Part shown: piece after piece, positions 48,653-62,900 of the stretch | How the letters are laid out: each line of letters begins with the position of its first letter | How positions within the stretch are numbered: the stretch's first letter is position 1 | Assembly: GCA_002633005.1 (NCBI GenBank) | Contig: NMRA01000012.1 | Coordinates: 948,564 to 1,012,193, forward strand | From: Phoronis australis | Taxonomy: Eukaryota > Animalia > Phoronida | Length of the DNA stretch: 63,630 bases | Direction of reading: 5' to 3' | Notes under the pieces: model-generated | Databases searched by the model: none | What the model saw: the letters and a program-made list of their open reading frames with translations, nothing else | What the model was told of the DNA's origin: nothing | Translations under genes and position numbers: made by a program

Positions 48653-51600
48653 GTTCGGCCGGGTGACATTAAGTCAACTGTAAAACTACACTTCCGTGAA
48701 CCCGTCAACCAAAAAATCGCCCATGGCTGTACCCTTTCCGCGGTCTCAATAGACCGATGATCCTGCGGCCTGCCATACTAAGTGTAATATTTTAATTTTT
48801 ACAGGGCATAACATGTGAATATATGTGAATTCGTTTAGTGAAAGTGAACTTATGACCGAAACGAACAGTTTCAGACATGGTTACAGTCCGATTCCATTAA
48901 CGTACATATAGGCTCCTACTAACTTTTTTCTGAATGCAAGTATTGCTGGAGTGATCGTAGTCAGTACTGGCCAGTCCCAAAATAGGCCGGGCTACGTGAT
49001 CAGCCGTCGTTCTAGACTACAGTCTCTCGTCTGCACTAGTGTTATTCAGTGATTGCTTTAAGTTTGATCTCATAATCAGGTACCTGGATGCACAGGCACA
49101 TCACATCACATCAGCCGCTCGCCATTATGCAAAAGAAGCTATTTATTATAGTACTTACATGCGGCTGATTAAAGGTGCCTGTGCTATAACTAAGTGATCA
49201 TACACAATTACTATGTGACCTAAAATTTGATATACCGGTATTCCCTCCCCCCACCCCCTCTGCCTCAGTCTGTCATCACCATTCAGCCTCTAATTACGTA
49301 ATCACTGCTACACCCCTGTTTTTGCAAGAACTGACAATTCATTGAAGATTTCATCTTTACGATTCTGTTGAGTCTTTGACAAAGTCACTCTTTGTTAATG
49401 GTATGTTAATTATATAGTCGGCCAGTTAGTGTATGAAGGGTTTCATTATTACACTTTCATTTTTCGCATTTTTGTAACACTCTTGGGTTTTCTGAAATAA
49501 AAAAATATTTTTTAACTTGTCAGGTAAGTACCGTATGTACATTTTACGTAAAAGAATCCGTTCATGCCTATGTCAGGCACATTTTCGTGTCTCTCATTGA
49601 TGTCGGGAAGGCGAAGAACTTCACATCACTCATCCACCCGTATTTATCAAACTTTCTTATATCAGGAGTTGCATCCCACAGCGCAACAGTAATACTTGCG
49701 TTAGCATTGGAAGGACAAATAGAGTGATGCAAGCGAGAAAAACTGGTAACAAATCAAACAACAACAAATACCGTGTGAAAACAATGCTGCAAATGTGCCT
49801 GACGGACATTTACGGCATTGTGGATACAGCAAGATTCGAGTGTTGCTGTGTAATCTTGGATGGCCCTATTAAGCAATAGCGTTTTCTGCTACTGATCAAA
49901 AGCACTAACTGGGTGTGAACGGTAACATACAAAACAGTTGAAACTATTGAAAGAGTTACACCGGGGCTTACTATTAGTTGGTCTGCACACAGCTATGCCT
50001 GGAAACTGTAAACTACCAGTATTTAAAAACAAATAATTGTCTTGCGTTATGTCTTCATAAAAACAGAAGTCTGGGCATATTTCAGCAAAGTTTAACAGAC
50101 AAGATTAATGGTCAAAATTTATATTTTCAATTTTTATTTGGTTTTCTGCCATTGTTTTGAATGCCCATAATTTGTAAAAATACGGTTTGATGGTTGCTAT
50201 GGTATTGAATTTAGGGAAGATAAAATATTCATTTGGTGTTATTTATCATTTATGAAATGTAAATGTATAATTTCTCTTGTCCATCATGCTGTGGACCCCA
50301 ACTTAATGAGATTTTACTGTATTTTGCTGATTGATTAGAGATCAAGGTACTTGCATAGAGTTCACAAAATTTACAATATGTGTAGGTATTGATACAATTA
50401 AAATTAATTGTTGCACAAACATTATTTAGTTGTTGACATTTGCACTGGAACAATTGGTCCACTTTTGTTCGTGAATATGAGTTTACCTTTCAGTTAGTCA
50501 GATCAACAAGTTATTCTGGATCAACAAATTATTACATATTCAGTCAGATCAGGAGTGATAAATTTCAAACCAAAATAGACTGATTTGATTCACATACCAC
50601 TCAGTTTTATGATAAACAATCAGGTGATGTGAACAGTTCATGACTAAAACCATTTGTGTAATGGCCACAGACATGAAGCGGAGCCCTGCCCAGTTCTTTG
50701 TGTCTCTAAGGTATGTGCTGCCCATAATCTGTTATGTCCATCAATTGCACTGTTTATGGCTTACAATGTACCTCACCTGTTGTGAGGTCAACTCTTGTTG
50801 ATAACCTTGCCTTTTATGGGGTCTTGCACATTTGTTTTTGTCAATATTTTCAAATGAGGTCACCATGTACAATTCAGTGATGGGCTACTAGGGGTCATGA
50901 CCACACGGTCATGTTTTTCTTTTCTCTTTGTTACCTTCAGTCCCAAGCAGAGTGTTTTTCATATACGCCCAGGAAGTTTACTTGGGGTGGAAAGATACCT
51001 GTTTAGTTCAGAGGGTGGAGATTGTTTATACCCAAGCTTCATTTTGCCTTGGAAGTAGGATCTAGGTATGTTGGGAAATCTGGTGCCTGCTTAGTGCAGT
51101 TGATGTGTGTACTTCATGTTTTCATTGTAGAAGTCCCTGATTTTGGGGGCTAGCCATTTTTACTGATAAATTGGACTAGGATAATCTTAGAGGTTACTCT
51201 GGGTGAAATAATCATTGTCGCATCATTTTTACCTTTGAAGAAAAATGATTTACATGGTTTGACGCCTAGATCCTCACAGTCGGATCCTTCCATTTTTTGT
51301 CGAATGATTCCAACTTCCACCTCTGTTTACATCATGTAGTGTTGTTTACCTCTTGTAATATTTTGCTCACGCGCTTGGAGGAGGTGTGATAACGTGGGAC
51401 TTTTACCAGGTCAATAAACAAAGTTGGCAACCTGCAGTTTGCCAAATCCAGCACTGATTTAGATAGCGAAGATGTCTGGTCAGTTCAGTGGATCTAATTT
51501 ACATGTCTACCGTAATCTGAGCGCCAGTGGACATTAAGGTTGTGAAAGTTCTTTTGGAAAGTGTGTATGTATCTGAATACCTTCAAAATGTAGATTTTGA

Positions 51601-53840
51601 CTCCTTGAAAGTGGAAAGCTTCTAGAATTTGATTTCTGTCTTCACTACCAATCTGCTTGTCAAGGGATCATGTAGCCATATCTTTTTTAGTAAAATTTAA
51701 CTAAAGAGAAAGGTACATTGATAGAAGAATAACGGTATCAATGATATGAACACATTTCATTTGATGTTATTTTAGCTGAAATAACCACTGTAACATTTTT
51801 TAATTATTGTTTCATTTTCATTTGATGCCACATTGATATTTCATGAAAATCTTAAAAATAGCCCTTCATGCAAAAGTGGAACTTTTTAAAAACGCTTCCT
51901 TGGAACATTTCAGAGAGCAGTGTCTAAACCATAATTGTTGGAAAGTTTCATGTGACTGTGATCAGTATCAGTCATTTATGAGATATGATGTTCTAAAATC
52001 TATTAACTTTGGACATTTTTCAAGGTCTACACAGCCTCAAGCCTCATATTTACTAAGGGAGTTGGATCCTTTATTGAAAAATGCCTTCTATGTCTAGTTC
52101 AATGGCTGTACAAACTGAGCATTGGTCCATTGAACTTAAAACATCAATCATTTTTATGCAGGAAGTAATACAAGTTATGAGTTGATGTTTGGTTAGTTCA
52201 GTAAGGGTAAACATTGTTTTAAGGCTTATAATAGGTTAAACTCGTTTTTAGCATTCTGGATTTTGAGACCCAATTTCCTTCACTGAATAACGGACATTAA
52301 AAGTGGTTCTCAATATCTGGGACTCGTGTTAGTGAGTTGAGTTGTGTGTGATTGGTTGTTATACAATACTGTGTATATACCGTATTAGTGCTTAGCATCT
52401 GTGCAAAACACTTAACTGTGGCATTTCTCCACTTACTGTGCTGAAAATACTAATTACCTAAATTGTCGTTTTCCATTTTTTCAGAGGCTGAGTTAACATT
52501 TCTGGAAACAAAGTCAACTTTACCAAATGCTGTTTCAAAATCTATGAAATCTACACAGTGCATATTCAAAACATATCAGTTGTAGGCTTAAAACTTCTTA
52601 ATCTTTATTTTTGTGGAGACATTTGACAAAATGAAATCCCATATGTATAGTAAGTTTTTTTTTTAATTGCTGTTAATGAAACTACTCGTAACATTGACGT
52701 GTTTCCAATTTAACAAACCACCCATGAAAAATTCCCTACTCATGTAATGGATTATAACTGGCTGTACCTGTAAGTGGAACATGGAGATTGCACTTTTGTG
52801 CAAAATACTTGAGTGAAAGGAAAAATAATTTGTTTGAAAACTCATTATTTCAGGTATAGGCGCATGGTCCTAAGTAGTTCCATAAAAGATGTAATAAATT
52901 GCTGTATCAGTTTCCAACTTGTTTAATGGTCCAGTTTAGGTTATGTTGGGCGTTATTGACAAATATGTGTGTTTAGCCATATATCTAGAATACTATAGAT
53001 TTTAAATCGCAAAAAGTTTTTATTGTATGCAAGTAGAAAGCCTGTAGAATTTGATTTTTTACTTTTACCAAACTGCCATTAATCAAGTCACCTGACCATG
53101 TCGTAGGTAAAATGAGTCAAAACAGAAAGGTACATTGATAGCAAGATGGTGAAATCAATAATTGGACCAAATTGTAAACGTTCAAGGTGAAATCTCAAAA
53201 GGCTGTTGTAGTTTTAAACATTATCGTTTTGTTTTTGTTTTATGCAAAATTTGTGAGTTTTTTCATGAGAATCAAGAAAGTAATATTCTTAGAGCCTCAT
53301 ACAAAAGTGTCCACGCATTTTGAAAACAAATCCTAACAGCATTAAGGACAAGTGTAGTATAGGGACAAGTGCATGAGGCTTAGTATCCGACAGTTTCATG
53401 TGAATCTGATCAGCCATTTCTGAGATATGATGTTCTGAAGTTAGCAAAATTTTGACATTTTTTTCTAGGGTCCTATATAACCTTAACTTTCAGTCAGGAA
53501 CATGGAAAAATACAAGATTTTGAATATTTGTATTGTATTACATAAAAAGAATTTTTAACTCTTGTGTTAACTAGAGGAGGCAGTGTGGCCTTGTGAGTTG
53601 AGTGCCTATCTCCTGTTCAAAAGGTCATGGGTTTGAATCTGCTGAACTGCACTGCTAGACCCTGGAGACGATCTGAGGTCTCTAACCACTCAGCTCAGTC
53701 TTATTTTGTGCTATACATCTATATGTGTTACATGTGTATGGCCTGTACACCTCTGATGCAATGTACGCCAGACCACTTGCTCTATTTTTATGTGTGTAAA
53801 TTGTTTCAGATTTAAAAAGTCCTTAACTGGTCCAAAGAAA

Positions 53841-53912
53841 ATGTCCTCAAGACAGCTGGAAGGAGTGGAGTGTTTGGGAGTGGAGAAGCGAGTGACTCCT
53901 AGTAAACATCAT
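53841..53912 (+). CDS. PX gene coding exon 1 (acceptor at 53809)
   Basis: MSSRQLEGVECLGVEKRVTPSKHH|GTATGT, 72 nt. Confidence 0.88.
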
Positions 53913-56900
53913 GTATGTATTCATCTACAGTCATCTAAAAGTAGAACCTGTTGTGATTCGTCTTTGTGGTTTGCTTGAACAATAGGGGGTGGAAACAACT
54001 CAGCTGTTGCACTCTTGAACAATACGGGGTGGAAACAACAGAGCTGTTGCACTCTCGAACAATAAGGGGTGGAAAGAACATGGCTGTTGCATTCTTGAAC
54101 ATAGTTCTTCACCGATGAACAAGGGTCAGTTCTCTGACTCACGAACACGATTCATTGACAGTTGAACTTTGTAGTGGGCTTGGAAAACACAGCTTATGTA
54201 CCAAAAAACACAGAGCTCTCGACTCACAATCGCTGCTCACTCTGACCGCATCAAATACGGTGCACAGTGTTTGCGAGTTCGGTCACGAGTATGCGAGTCA
54301 TTGAACTGAGTTTTTGTTAGTGAGGAATTGTGTTCGTGACTGAGGCCAGTGTTACAAGTTCAGGTGAAATGCTACAGAAAACATCCTGTTCAACGACTAT
54401 CATGCATGTTCTCCACTATCTTTATGGTTGCATACAAAGAGCTGTGAACACACAGTTGACCTATTAGCTTATCAGGATATAGCAAGCTTGTGCTGCTGCT
54501 CAGTGGGTGTGATATGCTGTGCATGGCATATGATGAATTAGCTTATTGAACCATTTATAGCTCTTGCATAATTATTGCATTGTGTCTTGTCTTGCTGTTG
54601 ATAATAAAATTTTAGTCGAATTACCACTTAAGTGCATGTGTCCTCTTTTCCTTGTGATTGTACACTACAATGCAAAGTGCTGCCAAAAGTTTGAAATTCA
54701 GTCCATTGTAGTAGATTTTGCAAATTAGGTACTGGAGCCAATAATCCCACTGATTACGTTACTGATACATCCTACCCCTCCCTCACGATAGAATCTCTCC
54801 ATTTTATGAATCAGTGTTGCCAATATTTGAAATGTTTCATTTTCTCATCTTTCATATTTAGTGTCAAATTAATGATTCAACATGTTTAGTCTTGACATGT
54901 AACAGCCATCAGAATATATTAAGAAAATTGTAGGCATTCACAACAAAGTAATTAGAAGCTCTTGAAAATGAAAACGGCAAATTTGGCAATTCGTTTTGTC
55001 CAAAATTGAGAGATTTTACCATACCATATTCCTGTAGTTAGATGCTTACCCCAGATATTACTACAATGTCTAAGTAACCTCTGTGACAATGAGGGAAAAT
55101 ACCTATCAGAGACAGGAAAAAATCCCGTTACATTGTTGGCATATGTCCTCCAATTTCCTAATAGGAGACCCCCCCCCTGAGCATGACGCTCTCATTTGAC
55201 AGTTTCCTGAGGCCATCATGTTTTTTTGCAGGTTTTTGTGCTTCTCGTTTCATGGTCAGATGGCACGAGACATCCCATTTATCGCAAATATAGTTCCTTC
55301 TTCGACTTCCTGGTGAGTTAACTTCATCCCAATGTTTCGCTGTACAAATGCTCGAGTCATTTATATTGTACAGTCAAGTCTTAATTCCTTATTAATGAGA
55401 TTGTTGCGGTTAAGTTTCCTAAAAGTCAAACAAAAATAATTGCTAAAATCATTTTTCCAACTTTCAAAACTCAACTTTCATTGTGAGTTTGTTGACAGTT
55501 TTATAATTATATAGAACCTTTTGGAAATGATGAAGTAAAGTTTTTTTTCCTATTTACTTTTTTGTGAAATTTTCATGAAATTACTTTTCACTTTCCTACC
55601 ATATTGTGTTCTAATGAAGACTGTTTAATGTAGTTCAGTCATCATAGACTCAATGGTATCATCTTTTGAGCACTTTTGTAGAGCCTAGACAGATTACAGC
55701 CTAAACAGATTACAATTAGTGGGTCGCTAGATCTTTATTACTTTCAGTTTCTGAAGCAACGAATTTATTTTGTAAAGAGAACAGATAGTATACTGTCCAT
55801 AACTGTGAAAGAGTTTGACTATTTATTCGAAAATGTGAATTAATTGTGTCTAAAAATTATTGAAATGTTTTTGTAATTCAAATTACGGAAATTATTCTTC
55901 AGTTTGGGAAACAATATGGCTGACAAGTGGAATTTAATTTTGTCAAATTTCTCAACGTCACTCATACGGAATCTTTGCTGTTAAAATGGTTGTGTGTGGT
56001 GCACATTGCTATCATATGCCCACCACACAATCGGTGTCGATAGAGAGGTGATTTGGGGTCTCTGCAGGAATTTCGATGCATAACTTTCTTAAGTGCCATC
56101 TGCACACGGACTTACTCTAGAACTAGTTACTCTTGGAAAGAATTGTCGCTAAGTTTGAGTGCTGTGTGGACGCTATTTAAACGAACGACAAAAATATCCA
56201 CCCACAATTACAATTTTTCTTTACAGTGACCAGCTTAGCCAGACCTCACTATTCAAGTTGGTCAGTGTTGTTTTGGTATTAATCTGCAGATGCAGAAGAC
56301 ATGATTTATCTAACCAAAACAATAAAATAACAGAACATTTTGCTTTTTTAGTTGTCATATTCATTTAATCATATATTTTTCAAATATGTGACTTCAACAG
56401 AAAATTGTTTTATTTATGGCGCAATGAATACTTGAGTAATTAGTCTGAAGGCTCTTTGATACTAACGTCGATGTTTTGAGGAGTTGCAGTCAGTATGAAC
56501 GATTAACTTTGGTCCTGGATTGAATTTAACTGCCCGTTAGCTTCGCAGTAAACAGTTGAATTCAACGGCGAAGCATTGATGCTACGGCGCAATATTAACG
56601 GTCAATTACTCCAGTCTCATTGAAGTGATTGTCGGGGGTCACTTATCGTCAACAATTAAAATGCAGTGTCATCATTAATAGTTGCTTATATTTTGCTTGA
56701 ATATTCATCAAATTAGCACACGTAACTGTTCTCAAATAGTCATATTAAAAAATCTTAGCCTGCGCAGGATGCATCAGCCTAACCTTGCGATGTTGGTGGT
56801 TCCCTGTGTGCTCCTAGGGGGTAGCCAGCACGCAGGTAGCAGGCAGTAGCACGCGCTTTATCAGTGGTTGATGTAACTACACTTCCTCCATCAGTCACGC

Positions 56901-59900
56901 CAGTTTATGTGTGTAAAGCGCTGCCTGTTGAGAATTCGACCAGCCAATCAGAAACACCGGTGTAAAAAATTTCCCAAGGAAAATTAAGTGTTACCTGCGT
57001 TCTGGCTACCACCTAGTGACATGCAAAGAACCAACGAGCCTTGCGATTACTTTGATGATGACAGTGTCACCTGCCGTTTACTTCGATGCCGTTTACTACC
57101 AAAGCTGGTATGAACAATTCAATTTACTTCGCAGTTTACATCGATGCTCCACTCACATCGCAGTTAAGTTAGTATGAAAGGGCCTATAGACAGAAGCGAT
57201 TTTGTTCATTGTGGATTACATATAGATAGATGAGTCAACCCCATTTTTCAGCTTTTGCTCTCATGAGCATCCATGGTTATGGATGCTATAAAAAATTGAT
57301 AGAATTTTGAGTATTTGCAGCTATGTTTTTGAAAATTGGAAATATTGGGATTTTAGCAATTAGTTCATTATGGTTTGAAGAATTTTTATCATTCTCCTGT
57401 ATGTATTTCAATGGCATCATGAAATATGGCTTCGCACTAGAATTGGATAGGATAACCTGTGGACAGGTTTCTGAATGCTGTCCGCTGACTTTCCCTGGCA
57501 ATTTGCGTACACTTGTCTCGTGTATGGATTTAATGCTTTGGGATATTTTCCAATATTTTTTGTACTTTCATTGCAAACATCATGCCCTCAAATTGTCACT
57601 GCTGTGCAGTGGGTTATTCAAACAGTTTGCGCAAGAATGTTCAACACATCAAAATGTCAGTGAATGAAAACATGGTATTGTCCCTGTCAACTCAGTCCAT
57701 CTAGCACAGCAGAATAACAAATTGTGTGAAACCAAGGAAGCTTTTGTGCTCTTACAATGCTTGTCATGCTAAGAGTTTCCTGTAGTACATTTCCTGTTGT
57801 GGAGATGCTTTCATGTGTGGAAAAATGGTCTTCATTTGTTAAGCTAGGTCTGTTTGAAGTGTTTGGTTTGTTATCATTGGTTGGGTGTGAGCGTGTAGTT
57901 AAGACTGTCTTGTTTTTTTGATCCCAATTCAAACTGTGAATGCCAAGATAACACGTTATGGTTATGTAGAATGATATTCACTTGTCTGATTTTAGTCAGA
58001 TACATACAAAACTACAGATTTTAACTTTATAAAAGTATATATTTTCTGAAAGTAGAAAGCCTGCAAAATTTGATTTTTGAATTTTTAGCACTCTGCCATA
58101 ATGAAGTCATGTGGTCATGCTTTTCAGTTACAGATAGCAAAATAGAAAGGTGCATTATTTTGTGGCAAAACAACGGTATCAATCACACGAATAAATTTTG
58201 TTTATATTTCAAGTTGGACATTTCTGTGGAGTCGTGCAAAACCCTAACTATGCTGTTCTAGATGTTACAGTAACAAATCAGTTGTGTGCATTCGGTGATC
58301 GTTTGAAATAACTGACACTAAAATCGATCTTCAAATTATTATTTTATTTCTACGTGATGATAAGAGGCTTTCATCTACAGTAAAATTCTGGGGTTCGAAA
58401 CTGAAACATTAATTTTTTTATTTGCTCAAAACTGGAACTTGTACCAAGTTTTATAAACATGGCCATCGCAAATTAAAGAAGTCCCTTCAACGACAAATGA
58501 CAATTCACTTCGATGTTACACTCTTGCTTCAACGGCTATTTTATGTGATTTTTGAACTGCCAAGTCTATTTTCAAACTTGATACATTAGGCAATGTCTGA
58601 TATTTGAAGAGTGGTTTATACTGATATTTGAAGATTGGTTTATACTGATATTTGAAGATTGGTTTATAGCAGCTTCACACATATGAGAATTAGCGTGCTT
58701 TGATGTTTGACACCCATTTAGTACACAGATTATTGGACTACATATAAAACTTCGAGGACATGAACTTTTGAAGCTAAACGCAACGTGTTTCAATATTCTG
58801 TTGTGAAGAACGCTGTGAACAGAATAAGGGAAATTTTTCTGTCAGTGATAAATCATTCAAAATTTGTGCTTCACCAATTCCAAGTTTTGTTCTGCAGCTG
58901 CCATCATGGCCATTAATCACAGCTATGGAAAAGGGGCAATTGTGACAATCAACTTGTCAAGAATTGACAACTATACCTGTATAATATGAAAAAAATAGAT
59001 CAATTACTGGACTTTCTATTGAGTTAGCTATGTTGCGTCCTCATCTCGAGGACTTCGGCAGGCCACTGAGGTGTCACGTGACTCATCATGTCATCGATAA
59101 CACATCCCAAGTTCTTGGTTACAGAAATCTCAGGCCCCCTTGTCTGTTTAAACTGGGATTCTCAGACAAGGGTGCCTGAGATTTTTGTTACCAAGAAGTT
59201 GGGATAGGGTGCTAAAGAGTATTCCGCGCAAACTGTCCTATCAATCACATGATGAGTCACGTGACACCTCAGTGGCCTGCCAAAGTTCTCAAGATGAGGA
59301 CGCAACGTAACTAACTCAATCCGTAAGTCCAGTAATTGATTTATTTTTTCATATCATTTACTCAACTGGATGACTGAAAATATTCATCGTATACCTCTAT
59401 CTTATTGCTGAGAATTATTTAGACAGTTGCTCTAAGTGTATAGGTTGTGATTTTCACATGCCTGGAAAGTAATAAGGTTGTCAGTAGAACATGAAAAGAA
59501 TGTTTCATGCCAGCACACTAGGTGGAATTACTTGTTTGTGCTTAACAGCTCTAAGCAACATTTCTATTTTTGTCTCGTTTCAGTCTTTATTAAAAGAGCA
59601 GGTTTCTGATAGCGTTCAACTACCGGAACTTCCAGGTGAGTATCTATACCCCTCCTCTCTTCCTGCCTCCCCTAACTCCCCTCCCATCCATTATTATTCC
59701 ATTTATCCTTCTCTGCATTCACTCCCTCCCACTCCTCTTCTCTCCCTTACTCTTCAAATGCCATTTAATTCAATTATTTTTTGTGCTAATCATATTTCAG
59801 TTGAAAGTGGGACATGGATAAGCTACAAATTTGTCGAGCCCAAAACAGAGGAACTAAGATTTCCATGGATTCCAGAAAAACTGAGAAAAACCTATTATTT

Positions 59901-62900
59901 TTTTGGATTTGTTATTATGTCCTAAATGGAAAAATACATTAGTTTCACACTTTCTAATCTTCCAATAATTACATGATGCCTTTGTTGTAAATGACAGTTC
60001 TGTTATGGTCAAAAACCGCCGTTTTTCTTTCACTTCTTACAGCTCGTGACTGTGTTGTCATCTGGCAATTTGTCATTTTCAGCGTACTCAAAGTTTATTA
60101 GGGGCGTGTTCTTACGAGATGCTATTATGGATAAGAAGAAAAAAATTATCGAAGACTTCTGTCAGGTAACTTACTTTGCCACTGCGTGTTTATAGGCATT
60201 CAGTTTTTAGTATTTATCATTTCCTCACTCAGGCTCATGTTATCTTTTGAAGTGGCCCATAATCTATAGCAGTGTGTTACTTGTGGTAAATTTTATCTAT
60301 TGTTAAAGGTGCTTGGCATTTTATCTCTCAGACTTATTCACCAATGTCAAGTCACCAGGGTTAAGAGCATGTACAGTAGATGACTGACAAATTACTGGTC
60401 TGTTGCAAACACTTTGACTGATACTTGCAAGCTCAGTGTATGTGAAAAGTAATTGGTTGAATACACTTTCCTTGTCGTGCATTCGTCTAACAGAAAATTA
60501 CAGAATGCTTGTCAAGACTTGTTATTTGGCAAAAACTCAAAGAGACTATGGACTCGGAATTACAATTTAAACCACACACTGTTATAAAGCTCACTTCAGC
60601 TTGTTCCTAACTCTGACAGAAGAGAGGTGGTTTCTATGCGCGGATAAAACTAACAAATCGTTATTGCCTGAGATCGGCACATCACATCACCCTCCATGAC
60701 ATTTACTTAGCTTATGGGGCTTGGTCTTGAGCAGTACCGAACTGGGGTTTCTTTCCAAGTCCAGAAATTACCTCTCGTCAAATTTAACGAAGGAAAATTT
60801 TAAGACCAATTATGGTCTGTAAGAGTTCTAAATGTTGGTTATGTAATGGAAGATGGGTTTATGGTCACTGTAGAGTAGTGTTTCCACCTGGTCAACTTTG
60901 CAGTACAGTCCCCGCCAGTCGTGGTGGATGGTTATGATGGCAATTTTTTGTTCTCAGTCATCATAGTAGCAACTTTCAGGTAATTTCGCAAATCGCTTTT
61001 GATGCCAACTGTTTCATGACTAAAAAAATTCGAAAGGCAAAAACAACATTTAAGGTATAGCCATTATGTAACTATTAACATGCCTATATATATATCTGGC
61101 AGTAGTACGGCAGCACTCTTGATTCTCCAGAATGTACCCATAATTCTGCACCTCTGCCTAGCACTTCCTCTAGTGTTTACTGCTGCTGTGTCTATGTTAC
61201 ATAAAAATTATTACAACTTTCGTCACGCTTGTGCCAATAAAGTTTTTCTGGTGCTCGTTTAGTCTCAATCTTAGAACCAGGAAATTTGGCAAGCTGGGCA
61301 CAGGCTTGTCCTTCCATCGGACAAGCTGGGCATAAGCTTGTCCATCTATTGGACCAGCTGGGCACAGGCTTTTCCATTTATTTTTCTAAAACTAGGTCAG
61401 TCATACAATGCACTTCTCTATTTCTATGAAAGAGGAGTATAGCCGCTTGCTGGAATAGCGCAGCCCCTGTTCTGATTCTGTTGTATCTGTAGGGCACGTG
61501 CCTTCACAGTCATACACAGCTGACATGCTCATCACTATTTGCATATATTAAGATTAGTTTCACATTTGTCGTTTTCTGGAGCCAATTAAGTTTTACTGTT
61601 GTATAGTGAGTTGCAGTACCGATATAAAACTTTTAAAAAGTTGTATGTGGAGCAACGAATTATCTACTTGTCAGACTAGACTCCAAAAGTATGCTAACTG
61701 TCCTACCTTTAGAATTAACTAGGTCACTATGACTAAGGCGTGTGCAATGCGTTGCTCTACCTCTCCAGAACTGGAGATAAGAAGAGTTGAATACGGGATG
61801 TTGGAATTGAATTTGGGACGTGGTTTTTTATTGGCTTGTGATTTTTCGCCAAGGGAGATGCAGCGGTGTGCCTTTTTCTTCAAATATTTTACTGCATTTA
61901 AAAATAAATAATTGAAGCGACTGCATTTTTCTGAGAAACACGTTGGTGCAGACCGCGGCAAACTAAGACAATTTTCTGGTATAGAGTCAAAAATTTGCTG
62001 ACCCATTGGTTTTTCAGTCCTTTGACTGGAAGGCATGGATGTAGTGAGAGAGAAAAATTGTTTTATTTTGTTTTGTCTAGAATCTTATTACCAAAGCATA
62101 AAGTGGCAGCAAACTCGCCTTCCACCACAAAAGACAATTTTTGATTTAGACCAGTTACCAAGGAGAAATTGGACTCAAATTGTTCCTTCGTCAAAATATA
62201 TGTGATTTCTGAGCATGGAATGATCTAGCTGTACGTTATTGCTTGAGGCCATGTGTCGCGAATTCGCGATGCGTGTTGCATCTCATGGGAATTAGGTTTG
62301 AAAGAAAAATATAAAAAGACGCAATTATTCTGTGTTATGTTGTAAGTTCACAACACCAGGCTATACAACCTCAGGCTTGTCACGGTGGGTCATTTTATGT
62401 GCTGAGCAGGGGCTCAGGGAATAACAAAACTGTCAGTTGTTTGGAAACCGGAAATCATATCTCATTAAAATAACGAACCATTTGACACCTGTTTTATTAA
62501 TCAAAAGCTGACTTCAGTTGGATGGAACGTGGGTTTATAGCCGCTAAAATGCCACAAACGAAGTAAAAAAATTGTTGGCACTGCAATCAAAATCTTAATA
62601 TTGTTATGTTTTTGTTTAAATCAATGGTTTTAATATTCTTAGATATTTTTTTGATTTATAACTATGATATTTTATGGATTCCCTCTTCTTGTCAAGATAA
62701 AATATGAGACTACCATTCATTGTATGTTCCAGGATGTAGAATGCATTTAGCGCCTTGTTTATTACAGCACATTCTATGTCTGCCTGCTCATCTTATATCT
62801 AGCCATGCTGTGGTGGCGTTCTTTGACAAATGGGATTCTGACATCTCACTAGGACAAGGCAACCCTGCGACTGATCACCCTCGGTGGTAAGCGACGGCAA

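Noticed and set aside
60042-60100. Strong upstream acceptor (ttcttacag) for PX exon 4
   Set aside because: It gives an in-frame TAG; the acceptor at 60082 keeps frame and PX homology.
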